Shown here piece by piece: positions 47,189 to 54,709 of a DNA stretch of 64,000 nucleotides. Made by a program: the position numbers and the translations under genes. How positions within the stretch are numbered: the stretch's first letter is position 1; each line of letters opens with the position of its first letter. This DNA is from a bacterium (GTDB taxonomy: Bacteria; Zixibacteria; MSB-5A5; GN15; FEB-12), in the NCBI GenBank assembly GCA_030605565.1, contig JAUWIB010000105.1, positions 10,650 to 74,649 of the forward strand. The letters are read 5' to 3'. The notes under the pieces were generated by a model. It was not told the origin of the DNA. It ran no database searches and saw only the letters and a program-made list of their open reading frames with translations.

Positions 47189-48232
47189 TCAATCCCTTTC
47201 GTGGTCAATGCCGGAGAGAACCTGGGTGATGGTCTTGGCCGTGTGCTCGACCACCGACACCAATTTCGAGTACGGCATCCGGGTAGGACCGATAATGCCG
47301 ATAGCGCCGCTGATCTTGCCGACGCGGTAAGAGGACGCCACTAACGAACAGGTCATGATGTCGGCATATTTGTTTTCACTGCCGATCACGATGACCAGGC
47401 CGGCGTCATGGGCGTCACTGAGAAAGTCACTGAGAAGCTTGCCGTTCTCAAGGATTCTAACTAACTCCGAGATTTTCTCCATATCGGAGAATTCCGGTTG
47501 CCGGAGAAGGTGATCAGCACCGGCTACGCGAATTCCGTCGGGGGCTATATCGGTCCAGATTTTGTCTTTGGAATCCAACAGGAGTTTAACCAGCCGACCG
47601 CCGGATGAGACGTCAGCCAGGCGGGCGGTAATCGTCCGACGGATTTCGCCCAACGACAGACCGGTGAGACGTTCATTTAGTACTGCCTCGACCTCGCGCA
47701 GAGAACTCTCCGAAATGGCCGTTTCGATTTCAATGATCACCGTTTTGGCCAGACCGGACCGAACCACGACTATCACCATGATACGTTCATCGGAGATCGG
47801 AATCAACTCGAACCGTTTCAGAATCCCTTCCTCAAATCGAGGAGCAATCGTAACCCCCAACTCCTGTGTGATCTCACCGAGAACTTTGCAGGTCTGACCA
47901 AGAATCGCATCGATACCCCGGCCTTCGGAGAGCACAGCATCGCGGATGGTCTCTTTCTCCATCTGAGTTAATTGGTCCGGCTTGAGCAAATAGTCGACAT
48001 AAACGCGGTAGCCGAGGTCGGTCGGAATGCGCCCCGCTGAAGTATGCGGCTGCTCCACCAGACCCAGTTCCTCAAGGTCCTGAAGAGTATTGCGGATGGT
48101 GGCCGATGACAGCCCCATCCGGAACCGATTAGCGATAATGCGCGAACCAACCGGATCGGCCGAACTGATATAATGAGTTATCAGGTTGTAAAGAACCTGC
48201 TTTTCACGGTCACTTAAGTTCTCAAATGCCAT
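47189..48232 (-). CDS. hrcA: Heat-inducible transcription repressor HrcA
   Basis: LSDREKQVLYNLITHYISSADPVGSRIIANRF... winged-helix N-terminus. It is the first gene of the hrcA-grpE-dnaK-dnaJ block. Start at ATG 48232, because the listed 48268 is TTG. Confidence 0.9.
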   Translation of the reverse strand: MAFENLSDREKQVLYNLITHYISSADPVGSRIIANRFRMGLSSATIRNTLQDLEELGLVEQPHTSAGRIPTDLGYRVYVDYLLKPDQLTQMEKETIRDAVLSEGRGIDAILGQTCKVLGEITQELGVTIAPRFEEGILKRFELIPISDERIMVIVVVRSGLAKTVIIEIETAISESSLREVEAVLNERLTGLSLGEIRRTITARLADVSSGGRLVKLLLDSKDKIWTDIAPDGIRVAGADHLLRQPEFSDMEKISELVRILENGKLLSDFLSDAHDAGLVIVIGSENKYADIMTCSLVASSYRVGKISGAIGIIGPTRMPYSKLVSVVEHTAKTITQVLSGIDHERD

Positions 48233-48420
48233 ATACTTATCGATCCCAACAGAGTCCGACTGCCACAATGGCAGCCACCATGTCAGACTGCTAACAAGGT
48301 ACTCCCAAAGGTGTGCTAAGTCAAGGATAAATGGTGTTTTGATTTGGCAACGCGGGCAAAAAGACTGTGTAGATGGTCGGGTGGCTCATCCGCTTGGAGG
48401 CCGTCTCAAAAGTGCGTGTT

Positions 48421-48516
48421 CCGGCAGGTCTTGCGGTTGCCTAAAGCAAATGTGTGACCTGCCGGTTGTCGGCTGCCATGCCGGACAACGTCTTAGTAAA
48501 GAGCGACAGGTCACAC
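48421..48516. other. Structured intergenic element with mutually exclusive 10-bp helices
   Basis: CCGGCAGGTC (48421-30) is perfectly complementary to GACCTGCCGG (48456-65). The overlapping GTGTGACCTG (48452-61) is perfectly complementary to CAGGTCACAC (48507-16), with an inner GTTGTC/GACAAC pairing. Confidence 0.6.
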
Positions 48517-48593
48517 GCTCGGCTCCGCCGTGCGCAAGACCCGTCGCAACTACCTTTTGGGACAACCTCGTTGGGTGGGGTACAGAAGAATGA

Positions 48594-48625
48594 GATTGCC
48601 GCGCTCCCTGCGGTCGCTCGCAATG
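48594..48625. repeat. GC-rich palindromic module (GATTGCCGCGCTCCCTGCGGTCGCTCGCAATG)
   Basis: ATTGC...GCAAT outer arms and CCGC/GCGG inner arms. It belongs to the class of intergenic hairpins that produce spurious ORF fragments such as EIAALPAVARNDN. Confidence 0.5.
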
Positions 48626-48827
48626 ACAACCAATGGGACGACTTTATCAACACTCCGTTTGGAGTGGATTTCCAGAGTGTTCTAAAGTTTCCTCCGTTAC
48701 TCAAAAAGATGGCTAAGAACATAATGACGAAATAGAAACCCGGGGCAAGCCCGCGGGCCACCCAGCGTCCACCGCGCACTTCCGACTTGGCGTAAGAGAT
48801 TGCGGCGTTTTTCAACGGCCTGCTATT

Positions 48828-49127
48828 CTATTTCTTTTTCTTTTTGGTCTTCTTGGTCTTGTCCTGTGTAGTCGCTTTGGGAACCAGCTTTTCTTTGCGA
48901 TCGTCGATGCCGTTGTTGTTTTTGTCGATGAAGTTATCGTACTTCTTCTCGTTGGTGACCTTCTTGGCGGTTTTCGACACAGCCAGCTTCTTTACTTTGG
49001 GCTTCTCTTGCTTGATGACCTTGGTTTTAGTGGTGTCCTTCTTGGTTTTCTTGCTAACGGCTATGACGTCGCCGGAGAAGGCCACCAGTACGGCCATGCT
49101 TACCAGTAAGACTATGAATCGTTTCAT
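48828..49127 (-). CDS. Small secreted lysine-rich protein (100 aa)
   Basis: Signal peptide MKRFIVLLVSMAVLVAFSGDVIA. SD GGAGGATGTGCA precedes the ATG. The body is about 35% Lys, contains a DKNNNGIDDRKE calcium-loop-like motif and ends in a KKTKKKKK tail. Confidence 0.6.
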   Translation of the reverse strand: MKRFIVLLVSMAVLVAFSGDVIAVSKKTKKDTTKTKVIKQEKPKVKKLAVSKTAKKVTNEKKYDNFIDKNNNGIDDRKEKLVPKATTQDKTKKTKKKKK

Positions 49128-49258
49128 TGCACATCCTCCGATGACCGAACGGCAACTCGAAGTCAATGAGAATCTCTGTCCCCGGCTGACGGTCGGCCGG
49201 ATCCTGACCTCGACCAGACCAAGGCCACGACCCGACCTCACAGTTTCACCAGCCGTTC

Positions 49259-50845
49259 TCATTTCCTTCGGCCTCCGCTCTTGGTCTTGCCACCGCTGCT
49301 CTTGGTTTTGCCACTGCTGGTCTTAGTCGTCGTCGACTTGGATCCGACCGAACTTGACTTCGGCTTGCTGGTGGCGGGCTTCACACTGCCGGTTTTTCTC
49401 GCATCGCCACTCTTGCCGGACGGCCTGGATTTGATCGCCGGTTTGGAACCCTTGCTGCCGCTGTCTTGCTTGCGCTGCACCTTCGGTTGAACGGTACTGC
49501 TCTTGCGAGTTTTGGAACCGGACTTCTTTTGATAGTATCCCTTTGACTGCTTGTCAGCCGGGCGGCTGTCCATTTTGGTGGTACCCGAGGTGCGCTTACC
49601 GCTGGAACCACCGGAGCCCACGCGGCCATAATCGGACTTGCGGGCCCCTGTGTCGTAACTGCCATCCGATGACCGGCGCGACTTGACGCCGCTGCTGCCA
49701 CCGCTCTTGCCGGGCGTACCGAGTGTCTTCGTGCTCGGGCGAGCGCCGCGTTTACCCTTGCCTATGAACGCGCCGGCTGTTTCATACCCACGCTCCGTGG
49801 CCACTAATTTGGCATTGCCGCGAAGGTACTTCTTGTTAACGGTCGGCGTGTAATCCATCCTGGCCCCCGAGGTGACAGTGGTCTTCGACTTGACACCCGG
49901 CATTTTTGCCACGACCGACTGCTTCTCTTTGAACTTCGGGTAACCGTGCTTCACCGGATCCCGATATCCAACCCGTCGCACTTCCTTGTACTTGGAGAGA
50001 ACGGCGGGACGGGGAATAATGATATCCCGATTCAGCACTACCGTGTGATAGCGTGAAAAGTGAATATCGCGCTCCCAGCAGTAACCCCAGTGGTCATAGA
50101 TGGTAATCGTGTGCCAGCCCACGTAGATGCGCGGGATGTACAGCGGGGTGCAACCCCAGTAGATGCCGTTGATGTACACCGTGGCGCCCCAGGGATAGTC
50201 GAAGTAGACATTACCGCACACCGTCCAGGACGGATAGTAAGGATAATAGACCGGTCGGTAGTAGGTCGGTTCCCACTCGTTGACGTACAGCGCGGTGCGA
50301 TCGAATGCAAAACTCTGTCCTCCATATCGAACGAAGTAGCGACCATTGAGATGGTCCAGGAACTCATGACGGTCATCCCAATCACAGATCAGGCCCGACA
50401 CCGGATACCACTCCGGGATAGGAAACCGTTCCCGCGAGGCAATGATCTGGATATTCTCAACCCCTTCCGGACCGGAAACGACCAGGTCATAATCGTCGTT
50501 GGAGCCCGGCAGATAATTGGTCACACCACCGCGAACGAAGCCGTCCTGACCCGGTTCCGTCGGGAACAACAGATTGACCCGTCCCCTGGTGTCGATCGAG
50601 TAGATGGCCACGAAGGCGTCTCGGTTGGTGCGATAGTTAATGACCACATTGTCACCGACGAAGAAATCACCGTTGAGATGGTTGGTCCACACTTCCACAT
50701 CAAGGTAACGGTCGATGCGGATATTATCGATGTAGTTCCCGTCGTTGTCGTAGTCGCGCTGGAGGTCCTGAGCGACCACCATGCCGGCAACCGCGAAACA
50801 GATCAGTGTCGCCGTCGCCATCGTCTTGAAACATCTGTGCAACAT
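49259..50845 (-). CDS. Secreted DUF4384-like + PEGA-like domain protein with a ~200-aa basic disordered C-terminal tail
   Basis: Signal-like N-terminus. FFVGDNVVINYRTNRDAFVAIYSIDTRGRVNLLFP resembles DUF4384. ATVYINGIYWGCTPLYIPRIYVGWHTITIYDHWGY resembles PEGA. The tail is rich in S/G/K/T/R. Start at ATG 50845 (GGAAGG SD); the listed 50854 is a GTG adjacent to the SD. Confidence 0.65.
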   Translation of the reverse strand: MLHRCFKTMATATLICFAVAGMVVAQDLQRDYDNDGNYIDNIRIDRYLDVEVWTNHLNGDFFVGDNVVINYRTNRDAFVAIYSIDTRGRVNLLFPTEPGQDGFVRGGVTNYLPGSNDDYDLVVSGPEGVENIQIIASRERFPIPEWYPVSGLICDWDDRHEFLDHLNGRYFVRYGGQSFAFDRTALYVNEWEPTYYRPVYYPYYPSWTVCGNVYFDYPWGATVYINGIYWGCTPLYIPRIYVGWHTITIYDHWGYCWERDIHFSRYHTVVLNRDIIIPRPAVLSKYKEVRRVGYRDPVKHGYPKFKEKQSVVAKMPGVKSKTTVTSGARMDYTPTVNKKYLRGNAKLVATERGYETAGAFIGKGKRGARPSTKTLGTPGKSGGSSGVKSRRSSDGSYDTGARKSDYGRVGSGGSSGKRTSGTTKMDSRPADKQSKGYYQKKSGSKTRKSSTVQPKVQRKQDSGSKGSKPAIKSRPSGKSGDARKTGSVKPATSKPKSSSVGSKSTTTKTSSGKTKSSGGKTKSGGRRK

Positions 50846-50893
50846 TTTAGTCACCTTCCTTTCAATGATCCTCAGATCACTATCCTATAGTCC

Positions 50894-51757
50894 CTAACGG
50901 GCGGCTTGCGCCTCGTGGCGAACTGGGTCGCCAACAACCGGCGGCGCCAGTTCGGGGTTGTTCTTGTCTTCCTGGTAGGCCCATTGGAACATCACCGCGC
51001 CGTTGTCACGATCTTCCTGAAGCACCCTCAACTTGGCATAGTTCCAATCGCCATGAGCGTCTCTGATAACCAGCACATAAATGTGTCCGGGCACGATCTC
51101 CGCCCAGCCGTTGTCTGACCAACCCTCCTGGGGCGCCCAGCCGACACTGTCGAAAACGGCGTGGAATCCCATAGGTTGCAGAAAGACATCAACGTCACTG
51201 GTCACGTTGATGTAGAACACAACACCAGCGCGGTCAATGTACACGTCCGCGGATGCATTGGCGGAACCGACAACAGCAGCCGTGGAGAAATCGAAGGCTG
51301 CCGAATCCGGCTTGACAGCTTCATCGTACAAAGTGACTCGGCCGTCCGGGCGGGGGGTGTCAAAGACCGACTCCGCCGACAGTTCGGACTCCTGGCCGGC
51401 GTCGTCGATCGACGTGATAGCATAGTAATAGGTAGTCCCGTTGGCAACGCTGTCATCAATATAACCCGGTTCGTAGTAGATCAGGTCCAGATCTGAGTTC
51501 GGCACTGCTTCCACCAAGCCAATCTCGCGGTAGCCGGTGAATTCATCGTATGAGCGGTAGACGGCGAAGTAGCTGATATCACCTTCATAAGGAGCGGTCC
51601 AGTATACGAAAACGGAATCATTACCGGTGATGCTAAACACGCCCTGCGGCGGCTGTGGGGGCGGATCGTAGACGGCGATTACTTCGTCATCGCAACAGCT
51701 GGCAACCATCAGACTCATCAGCACCAGCGCCAGTATCGATCTCTTCATCAGTTCCAT
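50894..51757 (-). CDS. Lipoprotein with a fibronectin type III-like domain
   Basis: MELMKRSILALVLMSLMVASC lipobox (LMVASC). PPQPPQGVFSITGNDSVFVYWTAPYEGDISYFAVYRS is FN3-like. SD AAGGAG lies 7 nt upstream of ATG 51757. Confidence 0.7.
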   Translation of the reverse strand: MELMKRSILALVLMSLMVASCCDDEVIAVYDPPPQPPQGVFSITGNDSVFVYWTAPYEGDISYFAVYRSYDEFTGYREIGLVEAVPNSDLDLIYYEPGYIDDSVANGTTYYYAITSIDDAGQESELSAESVFDTPRPDGRVTLYDEAVKPDSAAFDFSTAAVVGSANASADVYIDRAGVVFYINVTSDVDVFLQPMGFHAVFDSVGWAPQEGWSDNGWAEIVPGHIYVLVIRDAHGDWNYAKLRVLQEDRDNGAVMFQWAYQEDKNNPELAPPVVGDPVRHEAQAAR

Positions 51758-51801
51758 GTCAATACTCCTTCCCGAATCTTTCAAGTTCCGCCTTCAACTA
51801 A

Positions 51802-51817
51802 TACAAACGGCGTGCCA
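51802..51817 (-). promoter_or_regulatory. Candidate sigma-54 (-24/-12) promoter
   Basis: Minus strand: TGGCACGCCGTTTGTA, against the consensus TGGCACG-N4-TTGCW. Spacing is correct, and the only mismatch is C to T in the -12 GC. It lies 45 nt upstream of the lipoprotein ATG and directly downstream of a sigma-54 activator gene. Confidence 0.5.
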
Positions 51818-51882
51818 ACAGCCATAACGGCCTGTATGGACATGAGTTAACTATATCCACAGAGGCTGCCGGAGCGTCCCTA

Positions 51883-51921
51883 CGCACAGAATTTGTGCGC
51901 GCTCCCCTAACCCCGCACAAA
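51883..51921. promoter_or_regulatory. Candidate enhancer (UAS): three CGCACA/TGTGCG half-sites forming two overlapping palindromes
   Basis: CGCACA-gaatt-TGTGCG-N14-CGCACA(AA). The extended arms TTTGTGCG and CGCACAAA are perfect 8-mers. It sits 65-105 nt upstream of the -24 element. Confidence 0.4.
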
Positions 51922-51927
51922 AAGTAG

Positions 51928-53277
51928 TCAGCTTTTCCGGAGGTTATATTCTTTGATCTTGGCCCGCAGAGTATTGCGGTGGATGCCCAGTTTTTCGGCG
52001 CAGAGTCCCAGATTCCAGTCCAGTTGGTCGAGACAATGTTTGATGTGACGCCTTTCCATGTCGGACAATGGAACCACCGTCTCGGCGGCGCCTGAATTGC
52101 CCTTGAGGGTGAGACCGGTCAAGTCTTCCCTGGTGATACGGTCCGAACGTGTCAGCACAACGGCTCGTTCGATAATGTTCTCCAGTTCGCGAACATTCCC
52201 CGGCCAGTTGTACCGGACCAGCAGTTCAGCCGCTTCACTGTCAACGCCTGTTATTTCCTTGCCGATCTTGCGGCTGAACCGTTCGACAAACTTCTCGGTC
52301 AACAGCAGGACATCGCCGGCTCGTTCGACCAGAGGAGGCATGTCGATCGTTATCACATTCAACCGGTAGTACAAATCGTCACGGAAGCTGCCCTGAGCCA
52401 TCGCCTTCAACAGATCGCGGTTGGTAGCGGTGATGATTCTGATATCGAGCGGAATCTCCTTGACCGATCCGAGACGTTGAATCTTGTGCTCCTCCAGCAC
52501 ACGCAAGAGCTTGACCTGCATGGAAGGCGGCATTTCACCGATCTCGTCAAGGAACAAAGTGCCACCGTCGGCCAGTTCGAAGCGACCTTGCTTGGCGCGA
52601 TCGGCGCCGGTGAAGGCTCCCTTCTCGAAGCCGAACAGTTCCGATTCGAGTAAGGTTTCCGGGAAAGCGGCGCAGTTGATAGCGACCAGTTCTTTTTCGG
52701 CTCGTGGTGAAAGAGCGTGAATAGCCCGCGCTACCAACTCCTTGCCCGTCCCCGATGGTCCCGTAATCAGGACGGTTGCATCTTTGGGCGCTACCAGCGA
52801 GATCATCTCTTTCACTTTGAGCATGGCCGGCGATTCACCGATCATCTCGGAGGTGGGAAAAACTTCGGCCAGTCGTTCGCTCATCACTTTGTGCTCAACG
52901 ACAAGACGGTTCTGCTGCACCGCTTTCTCAAGTTTGAGCAGAAGTTCGTCAAGATTCTCGACCGGTTTGGTCAGATAGTCGAATGCACCTGCCTTGATAG
53001 CCGCCACCGCTGTCTCGACCGAGCCGAAAGCTGTCAATACCAGAACCTGGATGAACGGATTGATCTCACGGAGTTTTCCCAACAACTCCAGTCCGGTCAT
53101 GCCCGGCATTTTCATATCGACGATAGCCAGAGGAGAGAAAACATGATGATATTCCTCCAACGCCCTGGCGCCGGAGGCAAAGGTGTGAACCTCAAATCCT
53201 TTCTTGGAGAGAAACCCGGCCAGCATTTCACGCTGCCCGGCTTCGTCGTCCACCACCAGAAGTTTTGTCTCAGCCAT
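51928..53277 (-). CDS. Sigma-54-dependent response regulator (NtrC/AtoC family: REC + AAA+ + Fis-type HTH)
   Basis: REC: [14 protein letters not shown]...[15 protein letters not shown]...KP. AAA+: [14 protein letters not shown] loop ([33 protein letters not shown]), ...[11 protein letters not shown]-terminal HTH: [14 protein letters not shown]. Confidence 0.92.
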   Translation of the reverse strand: MAETKLLVVDDEAGQREMLAGFLSKKGFEVHTFASGARALEEYHHVFSPLAIVDMKMPGMTGLELLGKLREINPFIQVLVLTAFGSVETAVAAIKAGAFDYLTKPVENLDELLLKLEKAVQQNRLVVEHKVMSERLAEVFPTSEMIGESPAMLKVKEMISLVAPKDATVLITGPSGTGKELVARAIHALSPRAEKELVAINCAAFPETLLESELFGFEKGAFTGADRAKQGRFELADGGTLFLDEIGEMPPSMQVKLLRVLEEHKIQRLGSVKEIPLDIRIITATNRDLLKAMAQGSFRDDLYYRLNVITIDMPPLVERAGDVLLLTEKFVERFSRKIGKEITGVDSEAAELLVRYNWPGNVRELENIIERAVVLTRSDRITREDLTGLTLKGNSGAAETVVPLSDMERRHIKHCLDQLDWNLGLCAEKLGIHRNTLRAKIKEYNLRKS

Positions 53278-53313
53278 CTTGTTAATCTACGCAGTTTGCC
53301 TCAGGCGGCAACA

Positions 53314-53343
53314 CAAAAAAAGCCCGCCGATATTTCGGCGGGC
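53314..53343 (-). terminator. Rho-independent terminator
   Basis: Minus strand: GCCCGCCGA-aata-TCGGCGGGC followed by TTTTTTT, 20 nt downstream of the 53363 stop. Confidence 0.75.
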
Positions 53344-53362
53344 TGAAGCATGCAGAATAATT

Positions 53363-54004
53363 TTATTCGCCTGAGCCGATCATTAATCGTACCCCGGCGT
53401 GAACGTCCAGGACGCCCAGCGTTTCATCAAAAGTCAGGGTCTCATCTTTGTATTCACGCTTGGTGTCGCTGGTGGCGGCATAATGGTAGTTGACTTCCAG
53501 AAAAACACCACTGTAGTCGGCGCTGTAATAGAACAACCCTGCCCCAATGCCGGCGGCAAAGACCGGGTCGTATGATATGGCCTGGTATCTGGTATCTTGC
53601 ATCAGAGTAGTGAACTTGGCGTTTTCGATCCCGACATGCGCTTTTACATACGGTTCAAAGTTCGACTCACCGACAAAGTAGTATTTCGCAAACAGGTTCG
53701 GGTTGTACAGACGATGGTGTGCACCCTCCACCAAATCAGGACCGTCGATGCCGAACTGAGTGTACACGAAGTTGAAGCCGATGACCAGATTGGACTTGAA
53801 GAAGTACCCGAAGTCGGCGCCCAGTGACCAGCCCATCGTAGCGCCAAGGCTGTCATGCCAGTTGCTCAAACCTCCCCCCGGCGAGCCCAATCCGCCGTAG
53901 ACGCAGATCTCCAGCAGGTCGCGTTCTTCGTCCTCTTGTGCCATTGCTACCATGTTGATACCAAAAAGCAGAATTACCGTTAGCAGAAGTGACCACCGTT
54001 TCAT
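53363..54004 (-). CDS. Small outer-membrane beta-barrel protein (OmpA-barrel/OmpW-like porin family)
   Basis: Signal peptide MKRWSLLLTVILLFGINMVAMAQ, alternating aromatic/Gly beta-strand pattern, and a C-terminal ...DVHAGVRLMIGSGE. SD GAGGA upstream. Confidence 0.7.
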   Translation of the reverse strand: MKRWSLLLTVILLFGINMVAMAQEDEERDLLEICVYGGLGSPGGGLSNWHDSLGATMGWSLGADFGYFFKSNLVIGFNFVYTQFGIDGPDLVEGAHHRLYNPNLFAKYYFVGESNFEPYVKAHVGIENAKFTTLMQDTRYQAISYDPVFAAGIGAGLFYYSADYSGVFLEVNYHYAATSDTKREYKDETLTFDETLGVLDVHAGVRLMIGSGE

Positions 54005-54275
54005 CTACCTATCCTCAATTTATTGCGCTTCGTCTACCGTTTAATATCGGCCCTTACCCGCCTTCCAAGGCGGTGCCGATGTCGATTCAGGCGGTTAATA
54101 AACATGCCAATAGACGCTTTGTCAACAGATTATGTCCAATGAAATATGAACAGAATGCCTGGTGACCCGAAGGCTCATTGCGGCCATGTCATAGTCGGGG
54201 GTGGGGTGGGGCTGTCCCAGAAGGTCGCACACCAAGGTGATAGAAAACATTGTTCACAAGGGCGTCACGTAATCC

Positions 54276-54350
54276 CGCGTAGGGGGCGGCCTTGTGTCGC
54301 CCCAATGAACGCCACTTGTGGCCGGCCGAGACAAGCCCCGCCGCTACGCG
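54276..54350. repeat. Long imperfect GC-rich inverted repeat (23-nt arms, 18/23 complementary, 29-nt loop)
   Basis: CGCGTAGGGGGCGGCCTTGTGTC ... GAGACAAGCCCCGCCGCTACGCG. It generates the spurious ORF text GRPRQAPPLR. Confidence 0.6.
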
Positions 54351-54359
54351 ATAGAAAAA

Positions 54360-54379
54360 GCAACTTGTGGGACGACCTC
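54360..54379 (+). repeat. Short motif shared with 48546-48569 (GCAACT[ACCT]T(T/G)TGGGAC(A/G)ACCTC)
   Basis: 18/20 identical after a 4-nt indel. Both copies sit next to GC-rich palindromic modules in long non-coding gaps. Confidence 0.5.
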
Positions 54380-54555
54380 AGGTCACCCAACGCCACAGTC
54401 CCTTAACGGTCTTGTCAGTTTGCCCGGAGAGTAGCTGAAAACATACATTCGCATTTTGCAGTTGCGTGACGACCGCTGTTGAGTTATTTAGTGCCTGTTA
54501 CAGGTCCGAACTGAGCGTGATCAGACATGGTTACAGAAAGATCGGGCTTGGCCAT

Positions 54556-54627
54556 GCCCCCGTGGTGTAACGGATAACGCGTCGGCCTCCGGAGCCGTAA
54601 ATCCAGGTTCGATTCCTGGCGGGGGTA
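54556..54627 (+). tRNA. tRNA-Arg (anticodon CCG)
   Basis: Manual cloverleaf. Acceptor GCCCCCG/CGGGGGT (G1-U72 wobble). D-stem GTGT/ACGC. Anticodon stem (T)CGGC/GCCG(T) with loop CTCCGGA. 4-nt variable loop. T-arm CCAGG-TTCGATT-CCTGG. Discriminator A. CCA is not encoded. Confidence 0.85.
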
Positions 54628-54629
54628 TT
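54604..54629 (+). repeat. Direct repeat copy 1 (tRNA-Arg 3' end; att-like core)
   Basis: CAGGTTCGATTCCTGGCGGGGGTATT. It recurs at 56175-56200 with one mismatch. Confidence 0.8.
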
Positions 54630-54709
54630 TTGAAACGCTGATGTCACCCACAGCAAGCTGTGTACCACCCGGCAAGAAGGTCTGTGGAGCGAGCCACCTG
54701 TCTCGTATA

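Noticed and set aside
48281-48324. Possible CIRCE (HrcA operator) upstream of hrcA.
   Set aside because: Only the left half (TTAGCACAC) is present. The sequence 9 nt downstream is TACCTTGTT, not GAGTGCTAA, and the second TTAGCA is a direct repeat rather than inverted. It is reported as an anomaly, not annotated as CIRCE.
48441-48815. 124-aa minus-strand ORF and 93-aa plus-strand ORF (48454-48735) in the hrcA-upstream gap. An 86-aa ORF lies at 54146-54406.
   Set aside because: Their translations (…SLRATAGSAAISFF…, …GRPRQAPPLR…) simply read through GC-rich palindromic repeat modules. Both strands are open and neither has an SD, so I treat them as non-coding repeats.
49259-49760. A tandem DNA repeat (VNTR) in the 3' end of the DUF4384/PEGA gene.
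   Set aside because: The amino-acid composition is repetitive (S/G/K/T), but I could not find a consistent nucleotide period. It appears to be compositional low complexity rather than a true tandem repeat.
53278-53313. Leaderless-mRNA arrangement for the sigma-54 activator gene (TTGCCG-N16-TAGATT ending 6 nt before the ATG).
   Set aside because: The hexamers are weak and the inference depends on an unverified TSS. I considered it too speculative to list as a feature.
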